From positions 224,001 through 288,000 of the forward strand of contig JAXMNT010000001.1 in assembly GCA_034670305.1 (NCBI GenBank): a DNA stretch of 64,000 nt, given 5' to 3'. The stretch's first letter is position 1. The number at the start of each line of letters is the position of its first letter. Made by a program: the position numbers and the translations under genes. Source of the stretch: Deltaproteobacteria bacterium (GTDB taxonomy: Bacteria; Myxococcota_A; Polyangia; Polyangiales; Houyiibacteriaceae). Below the pieces are notes generated by a model. The model was not told the DNA's origin. It saw only the letters and a program-made list of their open reading frames with translations, and did not search any database. Positions 35,009 to 45,003 of this stretch are shown piece by piece.

Positions 35009-35641
35009 ATGGCGATGAGGATCAGCGAGACCTGGGTCGAGTCCAACGCAGGTCGTCGGTCCGCCGTCGTCCTGACTCCGTCGACCCACGTGCGGGTCGG
35101 TCGGCAGCGACTCGAGGCGTTGCGGACGGCGCACCCAGGCGGCGACCTGGATCGAGAGATCCTCGCCAAGGTGCGGAGTCTCGAACCGGCCGACCGGCTC
35201 GTCGTGTTTCGGGGACGATGTCCAGACGGCAAGGGCTCGTGGGGATTCGACGAGGACCTGACCGAGGCCGAGCGCTCTGAGCTCGGCTTCCACCTCGTGT
35301 CCGATGAACTTCCCACGTACCGGCGCCTGGTGGCGGCGGGGGTGTTCGCGATCGTGCACGTGGAGTGGGGCGAGGCCGAGGTGAAGGCCTACCGCATCGG
35401 GACCCAGAAGCTCCTGGCGCAGCTCGAGGGGCAGTCGATTCAAGAGGTCGAGGCCGACCAGGATCAAGTGGCCGTTCACACCGCCGATCGATGGATCCTC
35501 CAGCATCTGAACTCGTTCTACGACGAAGGGTACGACCAAGTGCTGCGCAGTGTGCTCGTCGCGCACCTGTCCCGATTCGAAGAGCGCATTCCCCACTTTC
35601 GAGCGATGGTCAGCAAGCTACCGGCCGCAGCGATTCGATAG
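35009..35641 (+). CDS. Hypothetical protein (210 aa)
   Basis: Coding-like composition; first gene of a three-gene run. Confidence 0.7.
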   Translation: MAMRISETWVESNAGRRSAVVLTPSTHVRVGRQRLEALRTAHPGGDLDREILAKVRSLEPADRLVVFRGRCPDGKGSWGFDEDLTEAERSELGFHLVSDELPTYRRLVAAGVFAIVHVEWGEAEVKAYRIGTQKLLAQLEGQSIQEVEADQDQVAVHTADRWILQHLNSFYDEGYDQVLRSVLVAHLSRFEERIPHFRAMVSKLPAAAIR

Positions 35642-35660
35642 CCGACCCACGAGGCCCCCT

Positions 35661-37103
35661 TTGTCCGCCCAGCTCTTCCCACGTCTGCACCACGCAGACG
35701 ATCGACTCGCCTTCGACGTCGACGGCCGCTCCGTCTCCTACCGAAGTTTCGCCCAGCTCGCCGCTGCGCACGCGGACTCGGTGCGTGATCTGACGCCAGG
35801 CGCGCACGTCGGCGTGTGGACGTTCGGCGCGATCGAGACACTCGCGGCGCTCGTGGGCAATGCATGCGCGGGCCTCGTCAGTGTGCCGCTCAACCCCAAA
35901 CTCGGGTCCGCGGAACTCGCGCACATCTTGGAAGACGCCGCACCCGTTCGAACGTTCGCCGCCGAGGTCGCCGCGGTGCGCGACCGGGACGAAACGGTCT
36001 TGGAGGTTGCGCGCGCGCCGAGTTCGAGTGCGCTCCCGGTGCGTGGGCTGGACGGGCCGCCGCTGCTGCTCCTGTACACGAGTGGCACCACCGGTCGTCC
36101 CAAGGGGGCGCTGCTGGGCGCGGCCGCGGTGGCCGCGAACCTCGATGCGCTCGCCGATGCATGGGCGTGGACCGACGCCGACGAGGTGGTGCACGCGCTC
36201 CCGCTCTTTCATGTGCATGGGCTCGTGCTCGGTGCGTTCGGAAGCCTGCGGGTCGGCGGCGGCCTTCGACACGTGTCCCGCTTCACGCCCGAGTCGGTCG
36301 CGCATCAGCTCGCGCAAGCGACCATGTTGTTCGCGGTCCCGACCATGATTCGACGTCTGGCCGAAAGCGCCGAGCAGGATTCGAACGTGTGCGATGCATT
36401 GCGCGGCGCGCGGCTGCTCGTCTCTGGCTCCGCGGGACTGCCGGTACGCGAACACCGACGCATCGAAGCGCTCACCGGTCGTGGGGTGCACGAACGGTAC
36501 GGGCTGACCGAGACGCTGATCAACTGCGCGGTCCGTGCCGACGAAGGTCCGAAGCCGGGCACCGTCGGTCGGCCGCTCCGCGGGGTCGAACTGCGGCTCG
36601 TGGACGATGCACGCCGCCCCTGTGAGGGCACGCTCGATGCCCCGGCCGAAGTCGCGGTGCGGGGGCCTTCGTGTTTCGAGGGCTACTTGAATCGGCCCGA
36701 GGCCACCGCCGAAGTCCGCGACGCAGACGGCTGGTTCTATACCGGCGACCTCGCGGCGCGGACCGAGGACGGGGCGATCCGGATCCTCGGACGCCGCAGC
36801 GTCGACCTGATCAAGACCGGTGGCTACAAGGTGGGTGCCGGAGAAGTGGAAGCGTGTCTCCTCGAACATCCGGCGATCGCCGAAGTCGCGGTGGTCGGGG
36901 CGCCGGACGAGGATCTGGGACAACGCATCCTGGCGTTCGTGGTCCTGCGGGAACATGCGGAACGACCGGAGGCGGCCAGCTTGACCGATCGCGTGGCCGC
37001 GGAACTCACCCCCCACAAACGGCCGCGCGAGGTGCGCTTCGTCGACGCGCTTCCGCGCAACGCGATGGGCAAAGTTCAAAAGCGGCGACTGCTCGAGCCG
37101 TGA
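35661..37103 (+). CDS. Acyl-CoA synthetase (MatB/ACSF3-like)
   Basis: YTSGTTGRPKG, LPLFHVHG, ERYGLTET, GWFYTGD, LPRNAMGKVQK; TTG start at 35661. Confidence 0.9.
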   Translation: MSAQLFPRLHHADDRLAFDVDGRSVSYRSFAQLAAAHADSVRDLTPGAHVGVWTFGAIETLAALVGNACAGLVSVPLNPKLGSAELAHILEDAAPVRTFAAEVAAVRDRDETVLEVARAPSSSALPVRGLDGPPLLLLYTSGTTGRPKGALLGAAAVAANLDALADAWAWTDADEVVHALPLFHVHGLVLGAFGSLRVGGGLRHVSRFTPESVAHQLAQATMLFAVPTMIRRLAESAEQDSNVCDALRGARLLVSGSAGLPVREHRRIEALTGRGVHERYGLTETLINCAVRADEGPKPGTVGRPLRGVELRLVDDARRPCEGTLDAPAEVAVRGPSCFEGYLNRPEATAEVRDADGWFYTGDLAARTEDGAIRILGRRSVDLIKTGGYKVGAGEVEACLLEHPAIAEVAVVGAPDEDLGQRILAFVVLREHAERPEAASLTDRVAAELTPHKRPREVRFVDALPRNAMGKVQKRRLLEP

Positions 37104-38104
37104 CCGACGAGCCGACCTCAGGCGCGTTCCGACTGGACGCGCTCACGGGCGACTGGCGGGTCATCTCCCCTGGCCGGCGCGGTGTGCCGGCGGCCGCCAC
37201 CAGGCTGCCCGAGCTGCCCGATCCTCCGGGACCTTGCCCGTTCTGTCCGGACAACCTCGCGCTCCAAGGAGAGACCGTCTGTCTGGTGGGCGACGACTGG
37301 CCGGTCCGGGTGGTGCGCAACCGGTACCCAACCGTTCAGGAGAGCGCACTTCACACCCCCGGCTCCGTCGAGGACGGGGACGCGTCCGACGCGGCCGATC
37401 GGTTCGTGCCCGCGGGCGGCGCGCACGAGGTCTTGATCGAAGGGCCCGAACACCTCGGCGACATCCCGACCTTCGACCCCGCGCACTTCGCAGTCGTTTG
37501 GCAAACCTACCTGGCCCGCGCCCGCGCACTCGCCGCGGTGCCGGGCGTCCAGCACGTCGCCATCTTCCGCAATCGGGGCCGGCGGGCGGGCAGCAGTCAA
37601 CCGCATCCGCACGGACAAATCGTCGCGACCCGCGCGCTCGGTCCGGGGGTCTCGCGGCGATGGGCACGCGCGGCGCAGCATCACGCCCAGGGTGGTGGGA
37701 CCCTGCTCGCCGATGTGCTCGAGGCGGATCGCGCTGCGGATCGGGTGGTGCGAGAGGAGGCGCCGTTCGTGTGGTCCGTCCCCTACGCGCCGCAGCTCGC
37801 CTTCGAGTCCCGCGTGTTGCCTGCGTCTGGCGCCGGCAACTTGCTCGCGCTGCCGCCGGGCGAAGTCGCGGTGTTGGCCGCGCTCGTTCAACGTGCGGTG
37901 GCGCGCACGGTCGAGGTGTCTGGGCGACCGGCGTACAACCTGGTGTTGCGCCTGCCGCCGGTGGCGGCGCTCGATCACGGCGCGGCGTTCTGGTCCATCG
38001 ACATCCTGCCCCGCGGCGGACCCGGCGCTGGCCTCGAACTCTCCACCGGTTTCACGATGGTCAGCACCCCACCCGAAGAAGCCGTCACCCGGCTGCGGCA
38101 ATGA
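37100..38104 (+). CDS. GalT-family nucleotidyltransferase
   Basis: DALTGDW, CPFCP, VVRNRYP, GAHEVLIE, FRNRG..AGSSQPHPHGQ; GTGA overlap with the upstream gene. Confidence 0.85.
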   Translation: MTDEPTSGAFRLDALTGDWRVISPGRRGVPAAATRLPELPDPPGPCPFCPDNLALQGETVCLVGDDWPVRVVRNRYPTVQESALHTPGSVEDGDASDAADRFVPAGGAHEVLIEGPEHLGDIPTFDPAHFAVVWQTYLARARALAAVPGVQHVAIFRNRGRRAGSSQPHPHGQIVATRALGPGVSRRWARAAQHHAQGGGTLLADVLEADRAADRVVREEAPFVWSVPYAPQLAFESRVLPASGAGNLLALPPGEVAVLAALVQRAVARTVEVSGRPAYNLVLRLPPVAALDHGAAFWSIDILPRGGPGAGLELSTGFTMVSTPPEEAVTRLRQ

Positions 38105-38176
38105 ACTCGGTGCCGGTCTCCGAGGTTGGACCGGCGCAAGCCCGAGCTATTCCGATTCGGAATCCGGATCGCCGCT

Positions 38177-38386
38177 GATATTGCTGGTCTCTCGCGGGGT
38201 TTCTGCGGGCTCGGACGCCTTCGGCTTTCCGAACCCTCGAAAGCGGCTCCGGACCTGCTCGTCGCTTCGCTCCTGCGCGGGCCCAGAGCCTCCCGCGCGA
38301 GAGACAATATTCGACGCGGCGAAGCCGAGCGAAGCGAGCGAGCCGTGTCACGGACGGGGTTTGGGGGCGGTGCCCCCAAGAATATC
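38177..38386. repeat. MITE-like hairpin unit (38177-38310) joined to a REP-B unit (38306-38386)
   Basis: Inverted ends ATATTG..GTCTCTCGCG / CGCGAGAGACAATAT; the REP-B copy is bounded by AATAT on both sides. Confidence 0.75.
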
Positions 38387-40900
38387 CGGGCGGCGACGCT
38401 CAGCGCGCTTGGCCAGCAGAAGCAGGATCGCCGGCATCGTCAGCACCGCGCTCAGCAGACAGGTGACCTCGCTGATCGCCATCGCCAAACCGAACGAGTT
38501 GATCGCGAGGTTCGCCGAACTGTAGAGCGAGGAGTATCCGATCACCGTCGTCAGCGAGCACAGGATGACCGCGCCGCCCGTCTGCTCCACCGACGCACGC
38601 ACGGGATCCCGGCGACCGAGCTCACACTCCTGGCTGTAGCGCCGCATCACGTTGACGCCGTAGTCGACGCCGTTGCCGAAAGTGATCGGGAAAGCCACGA
38701 AGTTCAGGAAGTTCAACTTCATGCCGAGCGCGGCCATCGTGCCGCCCATCCACGCGATCCCGAGCACGAGCGCGAGCATGGTCAGGAGCCGTTCGCGCAG
38801 CTTTCGGAACGCGACGAGCGAGAGAATGAAGGTGGCGAGGAAGGCCCAGAAGATCGCGGTCGGCCCGTCGTTCACCACGGCTTGGATCACATCCGCGAAC
38901 ACCGGGGCCCGACCCGCGAGACGGGGCCGCGTCGCGCCCTCCCGATCGAGGTGCACCGCCCGCAGTCCCTTGGACCAGGCCACCAGGTACTCGCCATCCC
39001 AGATCGACTGGTTCGCTTCGACGACGAGGATGCGGCCGCGGGTCCCGTCGCGTTCGGTGAAGCTGCCAGCCACACTCTCCGGCAGGTCCTCCCGTGTGAG
39101 GACCTGGATGTCTTCGGGTGGCAGGTGCTCGTCGATATTCGCCTGGGTCGCTTCGTCCGTGCGCGGCCGCAGCTCCTGCAGGTGGGTTCGGATCAGCCCG
39201 AGCAGCGCACGCTTTTGTTGCTGCAGCTCAGCGTCGCCAGGGAGCAGGTCGTTCAGCGTGTGCACGTTCAGCCAGAGCGCGCCTTCGAGCGGCGCGTCCG
39301 GGTCCGCCTCGCCGGCCTCGGCCTCCAGCGCCGCCTCGAGGTCTTCGGCTTCGAGTGGGCTGTCGACGACGATGGCGATGCCGTTGCCCTGGGCGGAGCT
39401 GCCGACCATCTCGTGCACCCGCGCGTTGATCGAACGCGCGGTGGTGGTGCCTTCCCGTTCCGACTTCAGCTTCCGGAAGTCGTACTCCATCGCACCCTGG
39501 TCGAGCGCGTACCCCATCGCGCCGACCGACGCGAAGGTCACCAGCACACTGAACACCACGACGAGTTTGGGACTGGCGTACACCACGCGGGTGAAGAACC
39601 GCGCGAGCCCACTGATGCGCTCGACGTCGTGGCGCGCGTTCATGGGTCGGAACCGCTCGAAGCCCGCCGCCAGCGCGGGCAAGAGCAGCGTCGCGCTCAA
39701 CCAGCAGGCCAACATGCCGACCAGACCGATCGCGCCGAAGTCCCGGAAGCCGCGGAAGTCCGTGAGCATCAGCGAGCCGTACGCGAGCGCGGCCGCGACC
39801 GAGGCGGTCAGCGTGCCGAGCCAGACCGAACGGTGGGTCTCGGCCATCGCTTTGACCGCGTCGTTCCCGAGCCGGCGCTGTTCGAAGTAGCGCGCCAGCC
39901 AGATGATGTTCGGGTTCACCCCGTTGCCGATCACGATCGACCCGAGGAACGCCGTCGAGGTATTCAAGAAGTCGACCGAGAGTTCGGCGAACGCGAAGGT
40001 GAAGAGCACCGGTGGAATGAGTGCGGACCCGAGCAGGACGATCGAACGCGCGCGCCGGAAGAACGCGTAGATCGCCAAGAGCACGATGAGGATCGTGAGC
40101 ACCGTCGCGACGATGAGCTCCCGGGCGATCGCCCGCTGTTCTTCCAGCGCCACCACGACGTCGCCCGCGAAGCTGGTCGTCAGGTCTTCGCCGTAGGAGC
40201 TCGGGTCGAGTGCCTCGATGGTCTCGCCGACTTCTCGCAACAGGCCAGCCGAGCCGACCGAGTCCCCGCCGCTCAGATCGGTGCGCACGAAGACGACGAG
40301 CAGATCGCCGTCTTCGTGAAGGTAGAAGCCGCCGGGAAAACGTTCGAGCCGCTCCCGCCCCTCTTCGGCCTTGCGCTGCAAACGTTCGACCAGCGCGGCT
40401 GGGTCGGGCGGCTCCTCTTCCTCGAGGTCGACGTAGAACGGGTTCGCTTGCGCGCGCTCGTACTCGATGCGCGCTTCGAGCTCCGATTCCACCTCTTCGA
40501 GATCCGAGAGGTCTGCGTACAGGTGGCGGTGGTCGTAGACGAAGTCGGCATAGGTCCCGATGTTCCAGTCGACGCTCCCCACGACGTTCTCGGGCATCGC
40601 GTCGAGGCGCTGCACCAGATCGCGCGCGAACGACTGCAACGCTTCTCGGTTCTTCGACGGCGACTCGATCGCGATGGTCAGCGTGCTGAGGCCGCGGACC
40701 CGGTGACCGATCTCCTCGAGATCCTGCACACTCGCGGCGCTCTCGGGCAAGAGCGCGGTGAAGCGGCTGTCGAGGCCGAGGTCGCGGACGAAGAACACGC
40801 TGCCGATCGAGATCAAGAGCGCGACGAGCGCGAACGACCCAGCCCGCCGGTGCTGCAGCGCGGCGAGCTTCGTCCAGCGAGACGGCGCGTCGATGTTCAT
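38348..40900 (-). CDS. MMPL/RND-family lipid transporter (HpnN-like)
   Basis: Two RND halves; IVIGNGVN, GNGVDYGV, GAVILCSLTTVIGY. Confidence 0.9.
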   Translation of the reverse strand: MNIDAPSRWTKLAALQHRRAGSFALVALLISIGSVFFVRDLGLDSRFTALLPESAASVQDLEEIGHRVRGLSTLTIAIESPSKNREALQSFARDLVQRLDAMPENVVGSVDWNIGTYADFVYDHRHLYADLSDLEEVESELEARIEYERAQANPFYVDLEEEEPPDPAALVERLQRKAEEGRERLERFPGGFYLHEDGDLLVVFVRTDLSGGDSVGSAGLLREVGETIEALDPSSYGEDLTTSFAGDVVVALEEQRAIARELIVATVLTILIVLLAIYAFFRRARSIVLLGSALIPPVLFTFAFAELSVDFLNTSTAFLGSIVIGNGVNPNIIWLARYFEQRRLGNDAVKAMAETHRSVWLGTLTASVAAALAYGSLMLTDFRGFRDFGAIGLVGMLACWLSATLLLPALAAGFERFRPMNARHDVERISGLARFFTRVVYASPKLVVVFSVLVTFASVGAMGYALDQGAMEYDFRKLKSEREGTTTARSINARVHEMVGSSAQGNGIAIVVDSPLEAEDLEAALEAEAGEADPDAPLEGALWLNVHTLNDLLPGDAELQQQKRALLGLIRTHLQELRPRTDEATQANIDEHLPPEDIQVLTREDLPESVAGSFTERDGTRGRILVVEANQSIWDGEYLVAWSKGLRAVHLDREGATRPRLAGRAPVFADVIQAVVNDGPTAIFWAFLATFILSLVAFRKLRERLLTMLALVLGIAWMGGTMAALGMKLNFLNFVAFPITFGNGVDYGVNVMRRYSQECELGRRDPVRASVEQTGGAVILCSLTTVIGYSSLYSSANLAINSFGLAMAISEVTCLLSAVLTMPAILLLLAKRAERRRPDILGGTAPKPRP

Positions 40901-40940
40901 CGAAGCGTCCTACCCACGGGGCACGCGTTGGAACGTCGCG

Positions 40941-42218
40941 TCACGACGGACCCTGCTTCGGCTTCGCGACCCAGTCGTTCTTCGTCAAGCCGCGCCCGAG
41001 CCAGCGCGCGCTGTCGGCCGCCCACGTCCCAACCGACCACGGACCGCGGCGGTGGGGACCGGCGTCGTTCATGCGTTCGGTGAGAAACCGTTCGAGCTCC
41101 ACCGCCCGTGCGTCCCACGTCAGACTCTCCGCCCGCTTGGCCGCACCCGCGGCCAGCCGCGCGCAGCGGGCTGGATCGTCGAGCAGCGCGAGCAGCGCCG
41201 CCGCCGCGTTCTCGGCGGCGTCGGCGGTGGTCGGTGGGACGAGGCACGCGTTGAGGTCGTGCTTCAGAAGTTCGGCCGAGTCGGGACTGCTCGGCGCAAA
41301 GATCGCCCGCGCCGCCGCCAGGTAGATGAACAACTTGATCGGCAGCACGGTGTTGCCGTGCTCGAGCAGCGGCGCGAGGCTCGGCGGTACGAGGAGCACA
41401 TCGGCGGCGTAGAGGTACTGGATGGCGCCGGCGAACGTCTGCCACGGCCGCACGTGCACGTTGGGTTCGGGAGCGGCCAGGGCTTCGATGGGGCCGTCCC
41501 CCTTCGAGCCGACGAGCACGAAGTGAACGTCCCTCCGGTGGCGCGCCGCCCGCGCCATGGCGATGGCCACGTCCAGGCCTTTGCGTTCGTTCATGCGCCC
41601 GGTGTAGACGACCAGCTTTGCGGGTTCGGCCGGAAGATCCAGCAGCGCGCGCGCGTCGGCTTTGTTCAACCGGGGCTCCATGCGTTTCGGTTCGTAGCCG
41701 TTGTGCACCACGCCGAGCTTGGCTTCGGGCACGCCGAGCCTCACGTAGCTCTGCCGCGCGTAGTCGGAGTGGAAGAGCGCACCGACGCAGTGGCGGTGAC
41801 CGAAGACGTGCCGGAGCCAAGGCTGCATGGGCGGGAACTGATCGGGCCAGGGCCGAAAGTGTTCGTAGGCCGACGGGATGCCCCGATGCACACACGCGGT
41901 GAGCATGCCGAGGTTGCGGGTGTAGAGCAGATCGAACTGCTTGGGTTTCGGGTGCCGGCTCACCCGCGCCGCATGCACTACGTGCTGGATCCAGAGGTGC
42001 CGGTCGAACGAGGGCAACTCCGTCAGGGTCAGCGGCGCTTCGACTTGGTAGTAGCCGAGCATCTCCTCGGCGCTCTGGGCCGTTCGCCCGGTCTTGCGCG
42101 GCACCAGCAGCTCCACCTCGTGGCCGGCCCGCGCCAGCGCCCCGGCCGTGTTGACGAACTGCTCGGAATCCGCCTGATCGTTGGGCAGCAGGTTCTCGTA
42201 GGTGAAGAGGATCCGCAC
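40941..42218 (-). CDS. Glycosyltransferase family 4
   Basis: GHEVELL, VVHNGY, VYTGRMNERKGLD, ADVLLVPPS, PIKLFIYLAA. Confidence 0.88.
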   Translation of the reverse strand: MRILFTYENLLPNDQADSEQFVNTAGALARAGHEVELLVPRKTGRTAQSAEEMLGYYQVEAPLTLTELPSFDRHLWIQHVVHAARVSRHPKPKQFDLLYTRNLGMLTACVHRGIPSAYEHFRPWPDQFPPMQPWLRHVFGHRHCVGALFHSDYARQSYVRLGVPEAKLGVVHNGYEPKRMEPRLNKADARALLDLPAEPAKLVVYTGRMNERKGLDVAIAMARAARHRRDVHFVLVGSKGDGPIEALAAPEPNVHVRPWQTFAGAIQYLYAADVLLVPPSLAPLLEHGNTVLPIKLFIYLAAARAIFAPSSPDSAELLKHDLNACLVPPTTADAAENAAAALLALLDDPARCARLAAGAAKRAESLTWDARAVELERFLTERMNDAGPHRRGPWSVGTWAADSARWLGRGLTKNDWVAKPKQGPS

Positions 42219-42323
42219 GCCCAGCACCTAGCAGGGCCCTCCCGGGCACGGTAGCGGACGCCCAGGGCCGCAGGACCCTCAGAACGCACGCCGGGCATCG
42301 GCCGTCGTGCTACATGTTCCGCG

Positions 42324-44900
42324 ATGACCTTGCTTCGCGCGCGCAGCCAACATGGTGGGACTTCCAATGGGCTCGGGCTCGGCCACAAGCCAGCGGCGGG
42401 GTTCGCTGCGTCGGACGCACAGCCCAAGTACGCGCCCGACTTGCAGCTCGAACCGATCCACCTCGAGATCGATCTGCGCGTCGACCTCGAGAAGCCGCGG
42501 CTCGACGTGGTGCTGCGACACACCGTGCGGTGCAACACCGTCGGTGCGCATGTGCTCGCGCTCCACGGGGTCGAACTGCTCGACATGGAGGTCCGCACCT
42601 CTGGGGTCGACTGGGATTACGATGGCCAGCAGCTGCAGCTCGTCTGGCAGCGGCGGTTCGTGCGCAACGAGACGCGGGTGGTGGAACTTCGGTATGCGGT
42701 CGAAGAACCCCGCAGTGGTTTGTTCTTCACCAAGCCGAGCCCCGCGCATCCGGACGCATGTTTGCTTGCCATCACCGACCACGAGACCGAGCGCGCGCGC
42801 CATTGGCTGTGCACGGTGGACCTGCCGTCGGTGCGTCCGACGCTCTCGTTCCGAATCACGGCCCAGCAAGGGCTCACGGTGCTGGCGAACGGCGCGCTGA
42901 AATCGGAGACGAAGAACGACGACGGGACGCAGACCGTGCACTGGGCCTGCGCCTCGAACGTGCCGAGCTACCTGACCTGTTTCGCGGTTGGCGACTTCGT
43001 TCGTTGGGACGGGGGCGAGGTCGATGGGGTGCCGATTGCGGCATTCGCACCCGCCGCGCTGCACGACGAGGCGAACCTCGAGCGTTCCTTCCGGCGCACC
43101 GCCGACATGCTCGAGTGGTTGCCCGAGAAGCTCGGTGTGCCGTTCCCATACGAGAAGTACTTCCAAATCGGGGTGCCGTGGATCGGCGGCGCGATGGAGA
43201 ACATCTCGCTGACCACTTGGGACGACCGCTTCTTGCTCGACGACGCGCTCGAGTCCGAAGAACGCCAACTGCTCGATGTCATCAACCTGCACGAGATGGC
43301 GCACACCTGGTTCGGCGACTTGATCATCTGCCGCGACTACGCGCACGCCTGGCTCAAGGAGTCGTGGGCGACCTACATGGAGACGTGCTGGCTCGAGCAC
43401 GACCTGGGACAGGACGCGAAGCAACACGATCTCTGGATGTCGGCGCAGAACTACTTCAAGGAATGCGAGACCCGGTACGTCCGACCGATCGTCACCCGCG
43501 CCTTCGACAGCAGCTGGGACATGTACGATCACCACCTCTACCCCGGTGGCGCGTGGCGTTTGCAGATGCTGCGTCAACAGCTGGGCGACGAGGTCTTCTG
43601 GTCCGCGGTCCGCCAGTACGTCGACCACTACGCTGGCGAACTCGTCGAAACCGATGACTTCCGCCGCACGCTCGAGGTGGTCAGCGGCCGGTCCCTCGCT
43701 CAGTTCTTCGACGAGTGGATTCACGCGCCCGGCTTTCCCATCCTCGAGGGGCGGTTCCGATTCGATGCAGCGACCCACACCGGGACGTTCGAGCTCGCCC
43801 AGAAGCAAAAGAATACGAAGCGCGGCGTAGGGCTCTTCCACCTCGAAGTGGACATTGCCTGGTGGGTGGACGGAGAACGTCGGGAGCAGCGCGTGGCATT
43901 CGATGGCGCATCTCTGAGGTTCGTGGTCGACATGCCGGCCGCCCCCGATCGGGTGCGCATCGATCCACACCTCGGACTGCTTCATCAGCTTCGTCTCGAC
44001 CTGCCGGACGGCATGTGGCGCGCGCAGCTCGAACAAGACGACGCGTGGGGACGCATGCAAGCGGCCCGGGTGTTGGTCGCGACCGGCCGGCGCCAGAACG
44101 TCGCCGCGGTCCAGGCTGCCTTCGAGCGCGAGAAGTTCTGGGGCGTGCGATCGGAGATCGCCGCGGCGCTCGGCGACGCCGCCAACGAAGCGTCGTTCGA
44201 GGCGCTCCTGACGCTCTGCGCCAAACACAAAGACCCGCAGAGTTTGGCGTCCGTGTTTCACGCGGCGTCCAAGTACCGCGACCCGCGTCTGGTCCCAGAG
44301 CTCGTCCAGCGGCTCCGAACCGGCATGCCGCCGCGGGCCACCGAAGCCGCCCTCGACGCTCTCGGTGCGCAGCGCGAGGACGCCCCAGCCGATGTGCTCA
44401 TCGAGCACGCACAACGGAGAGAGCGGTCCGAGTTCGGCGCGGTCGGGGCGGTGCGCGCGATGGCCGCGTCGCGTCACCGCACGTTGCACAATTGGCTCGT
44501 CGAGAACGCGCCCCCCGGCACGTTGCCCGACCGGGTCCGGGCCGCGGTGTGTGCGGCGCTCGGGACCGCGCTTCGAGGGGCGGCCGAGGAGGAGCGCGCG
44601 CCGCTGATCGAGGCGCTCGAAGCGCGCCTGCGCGACTCGATCTTCCGGGTGCGGGTCGCCGCCGCCCAGGCTCTGTGTACGGGGCGGTCGCGCGGCAGCT
44701 ACGACAAGCTTCGTGCCTACCAAGTGGGGCTGCCGGACCAGGAACGCATCCGGTTCCAGCGGCAACTCGACACCTTGCGGCGCTCTGACCGGCCGGACCG
44801 CAGCGACGACCGGTTGGAGAAAGCCGAGCGCACGATCCGCGCCCTCGAAGGCCGCCTCGAAAAGCTGGAAGCTGCCAAACAGCCCGACCCGAAAGCCTGA
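42324..44900 (+). CDS. M1 aminopeptidase with C-terminal HEAT repeats and coiled coil
   Basis: GAMEN; HEMAHTWFGD...WLKE; YPGGAWRL.ML. Confidence 0.92.
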   Translation: MTLLRARSQHGGTSNGLGLGHKPAAGFAASDAQPKYAPDLQLEPIHLEIDLRVDLEKPRLDVVLRHTVRCNTVGAHVLALHGVELLDMEVRTSGVDWDYDGQQLQLVWQRRFVRNETRVVELRYAVEEPRSGLFFTKPSPAHPDACLLAITDHETERARHWLCTVDLPSVRPTLSFRITAQQGLTVLANGALKSETKNDDGTQTVHWACASNVPSYLTCFAVGDFVRWDGGEVDGVPIAAFAPAALHDEANLERSFRRTADMLEWLPEKLGVPFPYEKYFQIGVPWIGGAMENISLTTWDDRFLLDDALESEERQLLDVINLHEMAHTWFGDLIICRDYAHAWLKESWATYMETCWLEHDLGQDAKQHDLWMSAQNYFKECETRYVRPIVTRAFDSSWDMYDHHLYPGGAWRLQMLRQQLGDEVFWSAVRQYVDHYAGELVETDDFRRTLEVVSGRSLAQFFDEWIHAPGFPILEGRFRFDAATHTGTFELAQKQKNTKRGVGLFHLEVDIAWWVDGERREQRVAFDGASLRFVVDMPAAPDRVRIDPHLGLLHQLRLDLPDGMWRAQLEQDDAWGRMQAARVLVATGRRQNVAAVQAAFEREKFWGVRSEIAAALGDAANEASFEALLTLCAKHKDPQSLASVFHAASKYRDPRLVPELVQRLRTGMPPRATEAALDALGAQREDAPADVLIEHAQRRERSEFGAVGAVRAMAASRHRTLHNWLVENAPPGTLPDRVRAAVCAALGTALRGAAEEERAPLIEALEARLRDSIFRVRVAAAQALCTGRSRGSYDKLRAYQVGLPDQERIRFQRQLDTLRRSDRPDRSDDRLEKAERTIRALEGRLEKLEAAKQPDPKA

Positions 44901-45003
44901 CCGCGCTGCGCGATTCGGGCCCTCATCCAGGGCGTCGTTTCGCGAACCCGTTCCGGGTGCTGGTGGGAGAGCGCCGCGGGGTGCGGCCTGCTACACCTCG
45001 GTG

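Noticed and set aside
38126-41083. Very long antisense ORFs (also 24040..25896, 25866..28136, 42279..44765, 58190..60682)
   Set aside because: Typical high-GC antisense shadows of well-supported genes, with no motifs of their own.
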